A DNA stretch of 60,223 nt, filler included, from Coriobacteriales bacterium (lineage in GTDB: Bacteria > Actinomycetota > Coriobacteriia > Coriobacteriales > UBA8131), in the NCBI GenBank assembly GCA_031263105.1. It is 7 parts of 7 records of this genome, joined end to end, with 100 filler letters (N's around TTAATTAATTAA, not from the genome) between each part and the next. Parts side by side here need not be neighbours in the genome. Positions count along the whole stretch, not along the records: positions 1 to 5,147 come from JAISGJ010000040.1; positions 5,248 to 13,058 come from JAISGJ010000153.1; 5 more parts are not named here. One strand, written 5' to 3'. Each line of letters starts with the position of its first letter. Within the stretch, counting starts at the first letter, position 1. The translations under genes were made by a program, and so were the position numbers. This document shows, one piece after another, positions 1-9,239 of this stretch. The notes beneath the pieces were generated by a model. That model was not told the DNA's origin and made no database searches. It saw only the letters and a list, made by a program, of their open reading frames with translations.

Positions 1-143
1 CGCGCCCCCCCGCCCCCGGCGCCCCCCCCGCGCGGGCGCCGCCCCCCCCGGGCCGCCCGCGCCGGGCACGGGTAGATGACAGTGGGGGGGTGGACACAAT
101 AACTTTTGCACAACGCGAACGAGAGGATCGAGAGGACCCGACG

Positions 144-1322
144 ATGCGTACAGCTGCGATACTGCCCGTTGCGGGCCTCTCCTCGAGGATGGGCGACTTC
201 AAGCCCCTGATGGGGCTCAACGGCCTCCCCTTGGTGTGCATGACGGCCCAAAGCGCACTCGACGGAGGGGCGTCCCCTGTCTGCGTCGTCCTCGGCCGGA
301 AGGCTGCCGAGGTGGAACACGCCCTGCGGACGGGCGTCGCCGCCGACGGAGAGGGAGGCGCGCCCCTCGTCGTCGTGCGGAACCCTGACTTCGCATCGAC
401 GGACATGTTCTGCTCGATACGCCTGGGGCTGCGCCGGCTCCTGGAGGACGGAAGGGGCGACGGCGTGCCCGATGCCGTCTACGTCCTCCCCGGGGACATG
501 CCGGGCGTCTCCCCGAGGACCTTCGGCGCGCTCCGAAGGCAGGCGGAGCAAGGCGACGCCCCCCTGCTCTGCCCACGCTTCCATGGGCGACGCGGGCATC
601 CCCTCCTCGTCCGACGGGCCTGCTTCGATTCGATCCTCGGCTTCGGAGGCGGCGGCGGGATGCGCGGGGCCTTGGGCGACCTCGACCAGAGGACGGTCGA
701 GGTCGAGGTCGATGACGAGGGCGTGCTCCTCGACGCCGACGAGCCTGCGGCCTTCTCAAGACTGGCGGCCTTCGTGCACAGGACGAAGGGCATCGCTCCG
801 GGGCAGGTCGAGGAGATCCTCGAGACGAGCGGCACGCCCCCGCATATCCGCGACCACTGCAGGGCTGTGAGCAGGCTGGCGGCGCAGATGGCACAGCGCC
901 TCGACGCGCAGGGCCTCTGCCTCGACACGGGGCTCTGCCGCTCGGCCGCCGCGCTCCACGACATGCTCCGCCTGCAGAAGGACCACGCGCGGGCGGCCGC
1001 CGACAGCCTGTGCGCCTTAGGGTACGAGGCCCTTGCCGCAGTCGTCGGCAGCCATCAGGGCTTCCCGCCCCTCCCGCCCTCGGACGACGCCGCCTTCACG
1101 GAGGCCTCCGTCGTCTGCCTCGCGGACAAGCTCGTGCAGGAGACCCGGATCGTGACGCTTGACGAGCGGTACCGGGCCGCGCTCGAACGCTTCGACGTGA
1201 CGACCGACACGGGGCAGCGCATCAGGCGGGACAAGGGCATCTGCGAGGCCCTGCTCGCCCGTTACGAGGAGCTGACGGGCGACAGGATCTTCGCTGGAGC
1301 ACCCGAAAAAGGCACCGGCTGA
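144..1322 (+). CDS. MobA/MocA-like NTP transferase fused to a C-terminal HD domain
   Basis: N-terminal AGLSSRMGDFKPL and LPGDMP NTP_transf motifs; C-terminal HCRAV, ALHD and LADK HD-domain motifs; ATG at 144 after GAGGA. Confidence 0.85.
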   Translation: MRTAAILPVAGLSSRMGDFKPLMGLNGLPLVCMTAQSALDGGASPVCVVLGRKAAEVEHALRTGVAADGEGGAPLVVVRNPDFASTDMFCSIRLGLRRLLEDGRGDGVPDAVYVLPGDMPGVSPRTFGALRRQAEQGDAPLLCPRFHGRRGHPLLVRRACFDSILGFGGGGGMRGALGDLDQRTVEVEVDDEGVLLDADEPAAFSRLAAFVHRTKGIAPGQVEEILETSGTPPHIRDHCRAVSRLAAQMAQRLDAQGLCLDTGLCRSAAALHDMLRLQKDHARAAADSLCALGYEALAAVVGSHQGFPPLPPSDDAAFTEASVVCLADKLVQETRIVTLDERYRAALERFDVTTDTGQRIRRDKGICEALLARYEELTGDRIFAGAPEKGTG

Positions 1323-1338
1323 GCACCGCTGCCACCGC

Positions 1339-1509
1339 GTCACTGGCTCCCTTAACGGACACCCCACTGTCATTCCGAGCCTGCCGAGGAATCCTCGACC
1401 GCGCAAGCGGCCGACCGCAGGTCGAAGGACCCCCTGACCTGCCGTTGGACACTGCGTGTCCAAAGATTCCTCGGCGGGCTCGGAATGACAGTGGGGTGCG
1501 GACAGTAAC
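1339..1509. repeat. Palindromic MITE/REP-like element, copy 1
   Basis: Inner inverted repeat CCCCACTGTCATTCCGAGC...GCTCGGAATGACAGTGGGG (1362-1496); outer ends GTCAC...GTAAC. Confidence 0.9.
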
Positions 1510-1533
1510 TCGGCTGTGGCCGCAGGCCCCGCA

Positions 1534-4500
1534 TCACTCCAAGCGGCCCAGATAGTCGTCTATCAGCCACTGCTCGAAGGCGGACTGGAGCTTGCGGTGC
1601 TCGGGGGGCTTGGGGTCGCCCTTCCTGTGGCCTCCCTCCCCTTTGGCGCTGCTGGCGTAGACCGATGCCGCCTTGAGCTGCGCGAGCTGCGGGGAGCCCT
1701 CGAAGGCCGAGGTGTCGAACAGGCCGTTCTGGATGCGGTGCCAGACCGCCCGTATCAGGAGCCGCAGGTGCTCCAGCTCCTCGTCCGACGCCTCGACGAA
1801 AAGCGGTTCGACGAGCCGCCCGTCGAGGTCCCGGTGCGGCTCGACGTACAGGTCGGCGACGCCTCGCACCGTCCAGCCTGCGTACTCGGCCGAGTGCTCT
1901 ATCAGCAGCTTGTAGAACTGCAGCTGGCGTCGGTAGGCGCCGCTCGGCTCCTTGGGTCTGCCCGCCTCGTCCAAGGCGTCCGGCCTGCCGGTCTTGAAGT
2001 CGTAGACCCAGACGGCCCTGGCCTCGTCGTCGAACTCCAGCAGGTCGCACTTGCCGACGAGCGGCACGCCGTCCAACTCGGCGCTCACCCACTGCTCGGC
2101 GAGGAAGCGCGCCTTCAGGCGCGCGCCGAGGGCAGGGACGAAGACCTCGGCGACCCGGTCGAGGCGCTGGCGCATGCGCTCGCGGTCGATCGCGTCGAAA
2201 TCCATCCAGTCGATGCGCTCGCGGCAGCCCCGCACCAGCTGCGCCAGGTCCAGGTCGCCCGCCTTGACGACGTGGTCGAGGTAGTCCTCCATGAAGCTGT
2301 GGACGAGCGAGCCGAACTCGAGGCTGTAGCTGGGCGCCGTCGGAAGCCCCAGCAGGCTGTCCAGTATGAAGTCGAGCCCGGCCGCCCCCTCGTCGGCAGG
2401 GGCCGAGGCGGCGCCCTCCGGGTCGCCTGCCCGGTACTCGACGAAGCGGTTCAGGCGGGACGCCGCCATCTTGAGGTCCTTCAGGTACGGCGTTATGAGC
2501 GCGAGCAGGTCGGGCCCGCTGGGATAATAGCGCTGCTCCCAGCCCTGCTGCGCCTGCAGGACGATGTCCTGCACGTCAGGCTCGACGTCTCTGACCTCCA
2601 CCTCCTCCGCCAGCTCCCGGACCACCTCCCCTCTGCCGAACGACAGCTCGAGCAGGGTGCGCGCCCGCGTGAGCGCCACGAACAGGAGCCGCCGCGCGTC
2701 GTCGTCGTCCTTCTCGTTGCCGAACAGGAGGTTGGCGCTGCGCAGGCCGGCGCTCCTGCCCTTGTAGTGCCAGGTGGCGTTGTCCAGGTCGATCAGGTAG
2801 ACCAGGTCGTACTCGAGGCCCTTCGAGCCATGGGCCGTCGTCAGCGTTATCGCGTCCTTGCGGCCTATCGGGATGTCGGCCTCGACCTTGAGGTCGAAGC
2901 GGTCCGCCTGGTCCATCAGAGCGACCGCATCGGACAGCCGCGCATTGGGGCCGAGCACGCCTGCGGTGCCGAGGTTCTCCTCCACGAAGCCGAGAAGGGC
3001 ACGCAGCCCGTAGTTGAACTCGATGAGGGGGAAGGGGTCCTCCTTCCCGGCTGCGACAAGGGGGCGCCCCACCCGCGCGGCCATCTCGTGGAGCACCTCG
3101 CGGACGGGACGGGCCAACGCGTGCGCCGCAAGCTCGACGAGCCAGGCATGCAGCGCACGCATGTCCTTGTCCGGGCAGGATGCGAGGGCGTCCATCCACG
3201 TCATCCTGTGGCGCTTCGTCTCCAGCGCGAACGTGAAGCAGGCCGTCGGCGCGATGCCGAACACGGGGTCGGCGACGATCTGCGGGAGGAAGGACTCGGC
3301 CAGCTCCGCCTTGCGCTCCGCCCAGGCCGCAGCGAAGCGCATGAGCGCGAACAGGGTCTGAAGCGAGGGTATCTCGGAGACCGCCGAGGTCACGCGGTAC
3401 TGGAAGGCTATGTCGAAATGGTTGAGATAGGGCAGCAGGTCACGGAGGCTCCTATGGGATGCGGCGATGACGGCTATCGCCTCCTGCGGCCTTGCTGCGG
3501 TGCGCAGGAAGCCCTCGTCGATCCTCTGGCGGATGGAGCGCGCGACCATGAGGTACTGGAGGTCCCTGTTCGGGTAGCGCCGTGCCGTGAAGGGGCGCGA
3601 CGCGGCCGACGGAGCGCACTCCTCCCCCGCGCCCCCGTCCTCCCGAAAGGCCACGAGCCTCTTCTCCGTGGCGCTCGCCGCCGAACGGGTCTCGATCTGA
3701 CGCGCCACCTGCTGGCCGAGCGCCACCAAGGGCGGCGTCGAACGGTAGTTGGTCTTGAGCACGATGCGCGCCACGTCGTCGTAGTGCTCCTCGAAGTGGT
3801 TGAGGTAGGCGACGCTCGCCCCCTGGAAGCGCATGATCGCCTGGTCGTCGTCGCCGACCGCCAGGACGTTGGGACGCGTGTCGTAGTCGGTCAACAGGTT
3901 GAGGATGCGCATCTGGGAGCTGTTGGTGTCCTGGAACTCGTCCACGAGGACGTACCGGTAGCGCTCCTGCAGCGCGTACTTCAGTTCGGGATGTCCCTCG
4001 ATGGCGTCTATGGCATCGAGGACCATGTCGTCGTAGTCGTACTGCGCGCGCTCCTTGAGCCGTGCGCGGTAGCCGTCGTAGAGGGCAAGCGCCGAAAGCT
4101 GGCGCTCGGCCACCTTCCGGTCCCTGAAGACGAGGCGCTTGGCGCCGTCCCGCCTGAAGAAGCGGTCGCGCAGGTCCGCGAAGCCCTGGGTCCTGCCCGT
4201 CTCCCCGTCGTAGAGCCTGGTCGTGGCAAAGGCCTCGGAGAAGAGCGCGACGTAAGGCCGATAGGCCCCCGTCCCCTTGTCCAGGTCGTCCTGCCAAAGC
4301 CCTGCGGGCGCCTGCGCCGAGGCCGCTGCCACCTGCTCCTGGAGCGCGTCGAGCAGCTCCCGCTTCTGCGCCTTGCCGAGGGCAAGGCTTACGCCCATCC
4401 GCTCCATGAGGGCGTCCTGACGCTCCATGTACGAGAAGAACGCCTGGTTCTGTTCGACGATCGCCCTGAACTCCTCGGAGCGCAGGCCGGATCTCCTCAG

Positions 4501-4974
4501 ATCGCTCATGAAGCCCTGCACGTCCTTCAGGTTGCCGGGCACGCCTTCCCGGAACTCCTGATAGAGCGGGTCCTTGACGGAGAGGCCGCCGAGGAGCTCG
4601 TTGAGCAGGAGGTCGGCCTGGAGGTCGGTGACCTGCGTGTCCCCGGCCCTGCGGGAGAAGCACTCGGGGTACCGGTTGCGCACCTGGCTGGCGAAGCTGT
4701 GGAAGGTCGAGACGGTCACGCCGTAGGCGTCGCGGCCGATGAGGCCCGCCAGCCGCTTGGTCATCGCCTCGGCGCCTGCGTTCGTGAAGGTGAGGCAGAG
4801 GACGTTGCGCGCCTGCACGTCGCGCTTGGCGAGGATGTTGGCCACGCGCAGGCTGAGCAGCTGCGTCTTGCCGGTGCCGGGCCCCGCCACGACGAGCACG
4901 GGGCCGTCAAGGGCCTCGACCGCCTGGCGCTGCTCGTCGTTGAGCCGCGCGAACGCCTCCTCAAGGTCTCGCAT
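1534..4974 (-). CDS. UvrD/REP-family ATP-dependent helicase with C-terminal PD-(D/E)XK (RecB-like) nuclease
   Basis: AGPGTGKT, VDEFQD, VGDDDQAI, TNYRS, HGSKGLE and FVALTRA helicase motifs; GKCD, DFKTG and QLQFY nuclease motifs. Confidence 0.92.
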   Translation of the reverse strand: MRDLEEAFARLNDEQRQAVEALDGPVLVVAGPGTGKTQLLSLRVANILAKRDVQARNVLCLTFTNAGAEAMTKRLAGLIGRDAYGVTVSTFHSFASQVRNRYPECFSRRAGDTQVTDLQADLLLNELLGGLSVKDPLYQEFREGVPGNLKDVQGFMSDLRRSGLRSEEFRAIVEQNQAFFSYMERQDALMERMGVSLALGKAQKRELLDALQEQVAAASAQAPAGLWQDDLDKGTGAYRPYVALFSEAFATTRLYDGETGRTQGFADLRDRFFRRDGAKRLVFRDRKVAERQLSALALYDGYRARLKERAQYDYDDMVLDAIDAIEGHPELKYALQERYRYVLVDEFQDTNSSQMRILNLLTDYDTRPNVLAVGDDDQAIMRFQGASVAYLNHFEEHYDDVARIVLKTNYRSTPPLVALGQQVARQIETRSAASATEKRLVAFREDGGAGEECAPSAASRPFTARRYPNRDLQYLMVARSIRQRIDEGFLRTAARPQEAIAVIAASHRSLRDLLPYLNHFDIAFQYRVTSAVSEIPSLQTLFALMRFAAAWAERKAELAESFLPQIVADPVFGIAPTACFTFALETKRHRMTWMDALASCPDKDMRALHAWLVELAAHALARPVREVLHEMAARVGRPLVAAGKEDPFPLIEFNYGLRALLGFVEENLGTAGVLGPNARLSDAVALMDQADRFDLKVEADIPIGRKDAITLTTAHGSKGLEYDLVYLIDLDNATWHYKGRSAGLRSANLLFGNEKDDDDARRLLFVALTRARTLLELSFGRGEVVRELAEEVEVRDVEPDVQDIVLQAQQGWEQRYYPSGPDLLALITPYLKDLKMAASRLNRFVEYRAGDPEGAASAPADEGAAGLDFILDSLLGLPTAPSYSLEFGSLVHSFMEDYLDHVVKAGDLDLAQLVRGCRERIDWMDFDAIDRERMRQRLDRVAEVFVPALGARLKARFLAEQWVSAELDGVPLVGKCDLLEFDDEARAVWVYDFKTGRPDALDEAGRPKEPSGAYRRQLQFYKLLIEHSAEYAGWTVRGVADLYVEPHRDLDGRLVEPLFVEASDEELEHLRLLIRAVWHRIQNGLFDTSAFEGSPQLAQLKAASVYASSAKGEGGHRKGDPKPPEHRKLQSAFEQWLIDDYLGRLE

Positions 4975-5147
4975 CTCTCATCTCCTCAATCGGGAACGGA
5001 ACAAGTCAGTGTTTCCCTCGGCACTTCCCTAGGGAAGCGCCGATTTATTCATTGTGCACCATCTCACGCCTGATCTGCCCCAGCTCTGCCCGTGAACGCA
5101 ACGCCATTACCGCAAGTAGTGGCGTTGCGCCCCCGAACAGACCTGGG

Positions 5148-5247
5148 NNNNNNNNNNNNNNNNNNNNNNNNNNNNNNNNNNNNNNNNNNNNTTAATTAAT
5201 TAANNNNNNNNNNNNNNNNNNNNNNNNNNNNNNNNNNNNNNNNNNNN
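5148..5247. other. Artificial contig linker
   Basis: 100 nt of N with central TTAATTAATTAA (stops in all frames). Confidence 0.99.
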
Positions 5248-5360
5248 CACTGCCGCCCCGGGCCCCGCTGCCGCCCCGGGCCCCCGCTGCCGCCCCGGGC
5301 CCCGCTGCCGCCCCGGCCCCCCGCTGCCGCCCCGGGCCCCCGCTGCCGCCCCGGGCCCCC
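5248..5360. repeat. GC-rich 18-19 bp tandem repeat abutting the MITE
   Basis: About 6 units of CCCC(C)GCTGCCGCCCCGGG. Confidence 0.85.
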
Positions 5361-5507
5361 ACTGTCATTCCGAGCCTGCCGAGGAATCTTCGACCGCGCA
5401 AGCGGTCGACCGCAGGCCGAAGGGCCCCCTGGCCTGCCGTTGGACACTGCGTGTCCAAGGATTCCTCGGCGGAGCTCGGAATGACAGTGGGGGGTGTGAG
5501 CAGTAAC
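5356..5507. repeat. Palindromic MITE/REP-like element, copy 2
   Basis: Same inner inverted repeat; right end GGGTGTGAGCAGTAAC. Confidence 0.9.
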
Positions 5508-5613
5508 CCCTTGCCTCCGTGCGATACCATGTTCCCTTCTCATCCGAACCCCGACCGCCTTATTGATATATGATAGGGATATCTGATAGGGAGCGAGACA
5601 GAGATGAGGGGAC

Positions 5614-8016
5614 ATGCACCCAGAGGAGAAGGCTCGGCAGGTCATAGACGAGAAGTTGGCCCGTGCCGGATATCTCGTCCAAGACGTCATCGAACTTGAT
5701 CTGTCCGCTGCTCTCGGAATAGCCGTCAGAGAGTACCAGACCGACTCCGGGCCAGCCGACTACCTGCTGTTCATCGACAGGAAGCCGGTCGGCATCATCG
5801 AGGCCAAGGCCCACAACAAAGGCGAGACCCTGCTGTCGGCCGCAGAGCAGACGAGGCGGTACGCAGGCAGCGGATTGCAGTATATCAAAGGTCCTGTCGA
5901 TATAAGGTTCGCTTACGAAGCAACCGATGTCCTCACGCATTTCTGCGACTACCACGACAAGAAGTACCGTTCCCGTGAAGTATTCTCGTTCCACCGGCCC
6001 GAACAGCTCAAGGCATGGCTTGACGACGAAGAGACTCTCAGGAACCGCATGAGGGGCTTCCCGGCGTTCGACCCAACAGGGTTTCGCGATTGCCAGACCA
6101 GGGCGATAACCAATTTGGAGAACTCGTTTGCCGGCGGTCGCCAAAGGTCGCTTATTCAGATGGCCACCGGCGCCGGCAAGACCTTTGCGGCAATCACCAG
6201 CACCTACCGCCTTCTGAAGCATGCAAAGGCCAAGCGCATCCTCTTCCTTGTAGACACAAAGAACCTTGGGGAGCAGGCCGAGGAGGAGTTCAGACGCTAC
6301 CGGCCCACCGATGACGCGAGGTTGTTCCCAGAGCTGTACAACGTCTGTCGATTGTCCTCTTCGTCGATACCGCCGGACACCGATGTCTGCATCAGCACGA
6401 TACAGAGGATGTATTCGATTCTCAGACAGGAGGACCTGGACGAATCGCTGGAAGAAGTCTCTCAGAACGAGTTGACCTTGAGCGGCACGGTGCAGGATGT
6501 CGTCTATAACAACGACTACCCGCCGGAGTACTTCGACTTCATTGTCATCGACGAGTGCCACCGTTCCATCTACAACGTCTGGCAACAGGTGCTCGACTAC
6601 TTCGATGCATTTCTGGTCGGCCTTACCGCCACGCCGGACAAGCGCACGTTCGCCTTCTTTGCAGAGAACATCGTCAGCGAATACACCCACGAAGAGGCAG
6701 TCATCGACGGGGTGAACGTCGGTGGCGACATCTACCTGATAGAGACCGATATCTCTAAAAACGGCGCACTCATCGTAAAGCAGGTGGTGGAGAAACGCGA
6801 CCGCCTCTCCCGGAAGAGACGCTGGGAGCAGATCGACGAGGACATCCAGTACACTTCCTTCAACCTGGACAGGGACATCGTGAGTCCTTCACAGATACGA
6901 ACCGTCATCCGTGCCTTCAAAGACAAGGTGACGACAGAGATATTCCCTGGGCGCCAAGAGGTTCCAAAAACATTGGTCTTTGCCAAGACCGACAGTCACG
7001 CAGACGACATCATCAGGGTCGTCCGCGAAGAGTTCGGCGAGAGCAACGAGTTCTGCAAGAAAATCACGTACCAAGCAAAAGACCCCAAGGACGTGCTCTC
7101 CTCGTTCAGGAACGAATACTATCCACGAATCGCTGTGACCGTCGATATGATAGCCACCGGCACCGACGTGAGGCCTTTGGAGTGCCTGCTGTTCATGCGC
7201 GACGTGAGATCCAAGAACTACTTTGAGCAGATGCTCGGGCGAGGTCGCAGGGTGCTCGGCTACGACGACTTGAACCGCGTCTCGCCTTCGGCCAAGACCC
7301 CGAAAATCAGTTATGCGATAATCGATGCCGTCGGTGTGACCAAAAGCATCAAAACAGAGGCCAGGCCGTTGGACCGCAAGCCCTCCGTCTCTATGAACGA
7401 GCTGATGAACAGCGTTGCGGTTGGGGCAAGGGACGACGACACGGTTACCACCCTCGCCAACAGGCTGTTACGGCTGAACGTCGCCATGACCCCAGTCGAA
7501 CGTGACAGGGCACAGGAGCTGGCTGGCGGTACCCCGCTGAACCTGGTGGCGAAGCGGATGCTGGATGCCTATGACGAGGATGTCGTCGCAGGGAATGCAC
7601 GGGAAAGAGCCGTTGGCGAGCCGACCGGGCAGGAGATGCTCTGGAGTGCCTATGAGATAGCCCAAGGCGACAAGGTCGGAGAGAAAGGCCTCGTCAACAA
7701 GCTTGTGGACATCATCGCCTTGCTCCGTTTCGAGCTGGGACAATCCCAAAAGCTCGTGTCGTTCAAGTCGTTCGTTGACAGCAGGTTCAAGGATTGGGTG
7801 TTCGCAAAGAACGCCGGTCACGTCCACTTCACCGATGAGCAGATGCAGTGGCTGAGGATGGTGCGCGACCATATATCCGTCTCAGCCCATATCGAGACGG
7901 ACGACCTGGAGCTTACGCCGTTTGACGACGAAGGAGGGCTGGGCCGGTTCTACAGTCTATTTGGCGAGCACTATCAAGCCACGCTCGACGACCTCAACTA
8001 TTCGCTCGTTGCCTGA
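5614..8016 (+). CDS. hsdR: Type I restriction enzyme subunit R (EcoEI/EcoAI-like), possibly with an internal deletion near the C-terminus
   Basis: ADYLL...IIEAK nuclease motif; MATGAGKT, IDECHRS, LTATP, ATGTD and QMLGRG helicase motifs. Confidence 0.92.
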   Translation: MHPEEKARQVIDEKLARAGYLVQDVIELDLSAALGIAVREYQTDSGPADYLLFIDRKPVGIIEAKAHNKGETLLSAAEQTRRYAGSGLQYIKGPVDIRFAYEATDVLTHFCDYHDKKYRSREVFSFHRPEQLKAWLDDEETLRNRMRGFPAFDPTGFRDCQTRAITNLENSFAGGRQRSLIQMATGAGKTFAAITSTYRLLKHAKAKRILFLVDTKNLGEQAEEEFRRYRPTDDARLFPELYNVCRLSSSSIPPDTDVCISTIQRMYSILRQEDLDESLEEVSQNELTLSGTVQDVVYNNDYPPEYFDFIVIDECHRSIYNVWQQVLDYFDAFLVGLTATPDKRTFAFFAENIVSEYTHEEAVIDGVNVGGDIYLIETDISKNGALIVKQVVEKRDRLSRKRRWEQIDEDIQYTSFNLDRDIVSPSQIRTVIRAFKDKVTTEIFPGRQEVPKTLVFAKTDSHADDIIRVVREEFGESNEFCKKITYQAKDPKDVLSSFRNEYYPRIAVTVDMIATGTDVRPLECLLFMRDVRSKNYFEQMLGRGRRVLGYDDLNRVSPSAKTPKISYAIIDAVGVTKSIKTEARPLDRKPSVSMNELMNSVAVGARDDDTVTTLANRLLRLNVAMTPVERDRAQELAGGTPLNLVAKRMLDAYDEDVVAGNARERAVGEPTGQEMLWSAYEIAQGDKVGEKGLVNKLVDIIALLRFELGQSQKLVSFKSFVDSRFKDWVFAKNAGHVHFTDEQMQWLRMVRDHISVSAHIETDDLELTPFDDEGGLGRFYSLFGEHYQATLDDLNYSLVA

Positions 8017-8050
8017 CGGGCGACCCTGAAGACACTGAAGAAAGGCACGT

Positions 8051-9043
8051 ATGGTACCGAACACCTCTAACATCAATGCCAAGATCTGGTCCATGGCGAC
8101 CGTCCTTATGAACGACGGCGTCTCGAACAGCGACTACTTGGAGCAGCTGACCTATCTTCTCTTCCTTAAGATGGCCGAGGAGTACAGCAACCCGCCGTTC
8201 AACCGTGACATCGGAATACCGGATGACTGTCGTTGGCAGACCCTTGTCAGCAAGAAGGGAGACGAGCTGGACAGGCACTATACCTACATCCTCACCACGC
8301 TGGCAGAGCAGAGGGGCACCCTTCAGCAAATCTACACCAATGCCAAGAACATGGTCAGCACTCCGGCGATGCTCGCCCGCATCATCAAGATGATTGCCGA
8401 TGAGAACTGGTCGTCGATGTCTGCCGACGTGAAGGGCGACATCTATGAGGGCTTGCTGCAAAAGGTCGCCGAAGACACCAAGAGCGGAGCGGGGCAGTAT
8501 TTCACTCCGCGTTCGCTGACAAGCACGATGGTCGCATGCGTTCGGCCGCAGCCGAACCGTACTGTCGCCGACCCCTGCTGCGGCAGCGGGGGCTTTCTGT
8601 TGGCCACAAAGGACTACATCGAGGACAACTTCTCGCTCGACCGCGACCAGAAGCAGTTCTTGAAGTTCAAAACGTTCAGAGGCTGGGAGATTGTGCCGCG
8701 TACCTATCGGATGTGCCTGATGAACCTCTTCCTGCATAACATCAGCGATTTCGACGGCGTGCCGCCCATCGAGCGCAACGACTCCCTTACTGCTGACCCG
8801 GGCGAGCGCTTCGACTACGTGCTCACCAACCCGCCTTTCGGCAAGAAGTCATCGCTCACCTACACCAACGAGGAGGGCGGGCAGAGCACCGAGGACCTCG
8901 TTTACAACCGTCAGGACTTTTGGGCCACCAGCTCCAACAAGCAGCTGAACTTCGTCCAACATATCCACACGTTGCTGAAGACCGGCGGCACCGCTGCCGT
9001 TGTCGTGCCGGACAACGTGTTGTTCGAGGGCGGTGCATTATGA
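8051..9043 (+). pseudogene. hsdM: Type I R-M methyltransferase subunit M, 3'-truncated
   Basis: GAGQYFTPR, DPCCGSGGFL and NPPF motifs; ends just after VVVPDNVLFEGGA at 330 aa, missing the usual C-terminal part; no hsdS follows. Confidence 0.85.
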
Positions 9044-9045
9044 GG

Positions 9046-9216
9046 GTTACACGTCACACCCCACTGTCATTCCGAGCCTGTTGAGGAATCTTCGGCCGCG
9101 CAAGCGGTCGATCGCAGGTCGAAGGGCCCCCTGACCTACCGTTGGACACTGCGCGCCCAAAGATTCCTCGGCAGGCTCGGAATGACAGTTGAGGGTCTGA
9201 GGGTGTGAACAGTAAC
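9046..9216. mobile_element. Palindromic MITE, copy 3, with perfect 8-bp target site duplication
   Basis: GTTAC...GTAAC termini flanked by TTATGAGG at 9038-9045 and 9217-9224. Confidence 0.9.
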
Positions 9217-9239
9217 TTATGAGGAGATTGGGAGTAACG

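Noticed and set aside
1..90. G/C homopolymer-rich stretches (also 18134-18200, 37679-37815, 60125-60223) as G-quadruplex or regulatory elements
   Set aside because: All sit at contig ends and look like low-quality read tails
1516..5073. Very long antisense ORFs (also 33914-37144, 45135-47894, 11117-12712, 52399-54171)
   Set aside because: Shadow frames of real high-GC genes; no recognisable motifs
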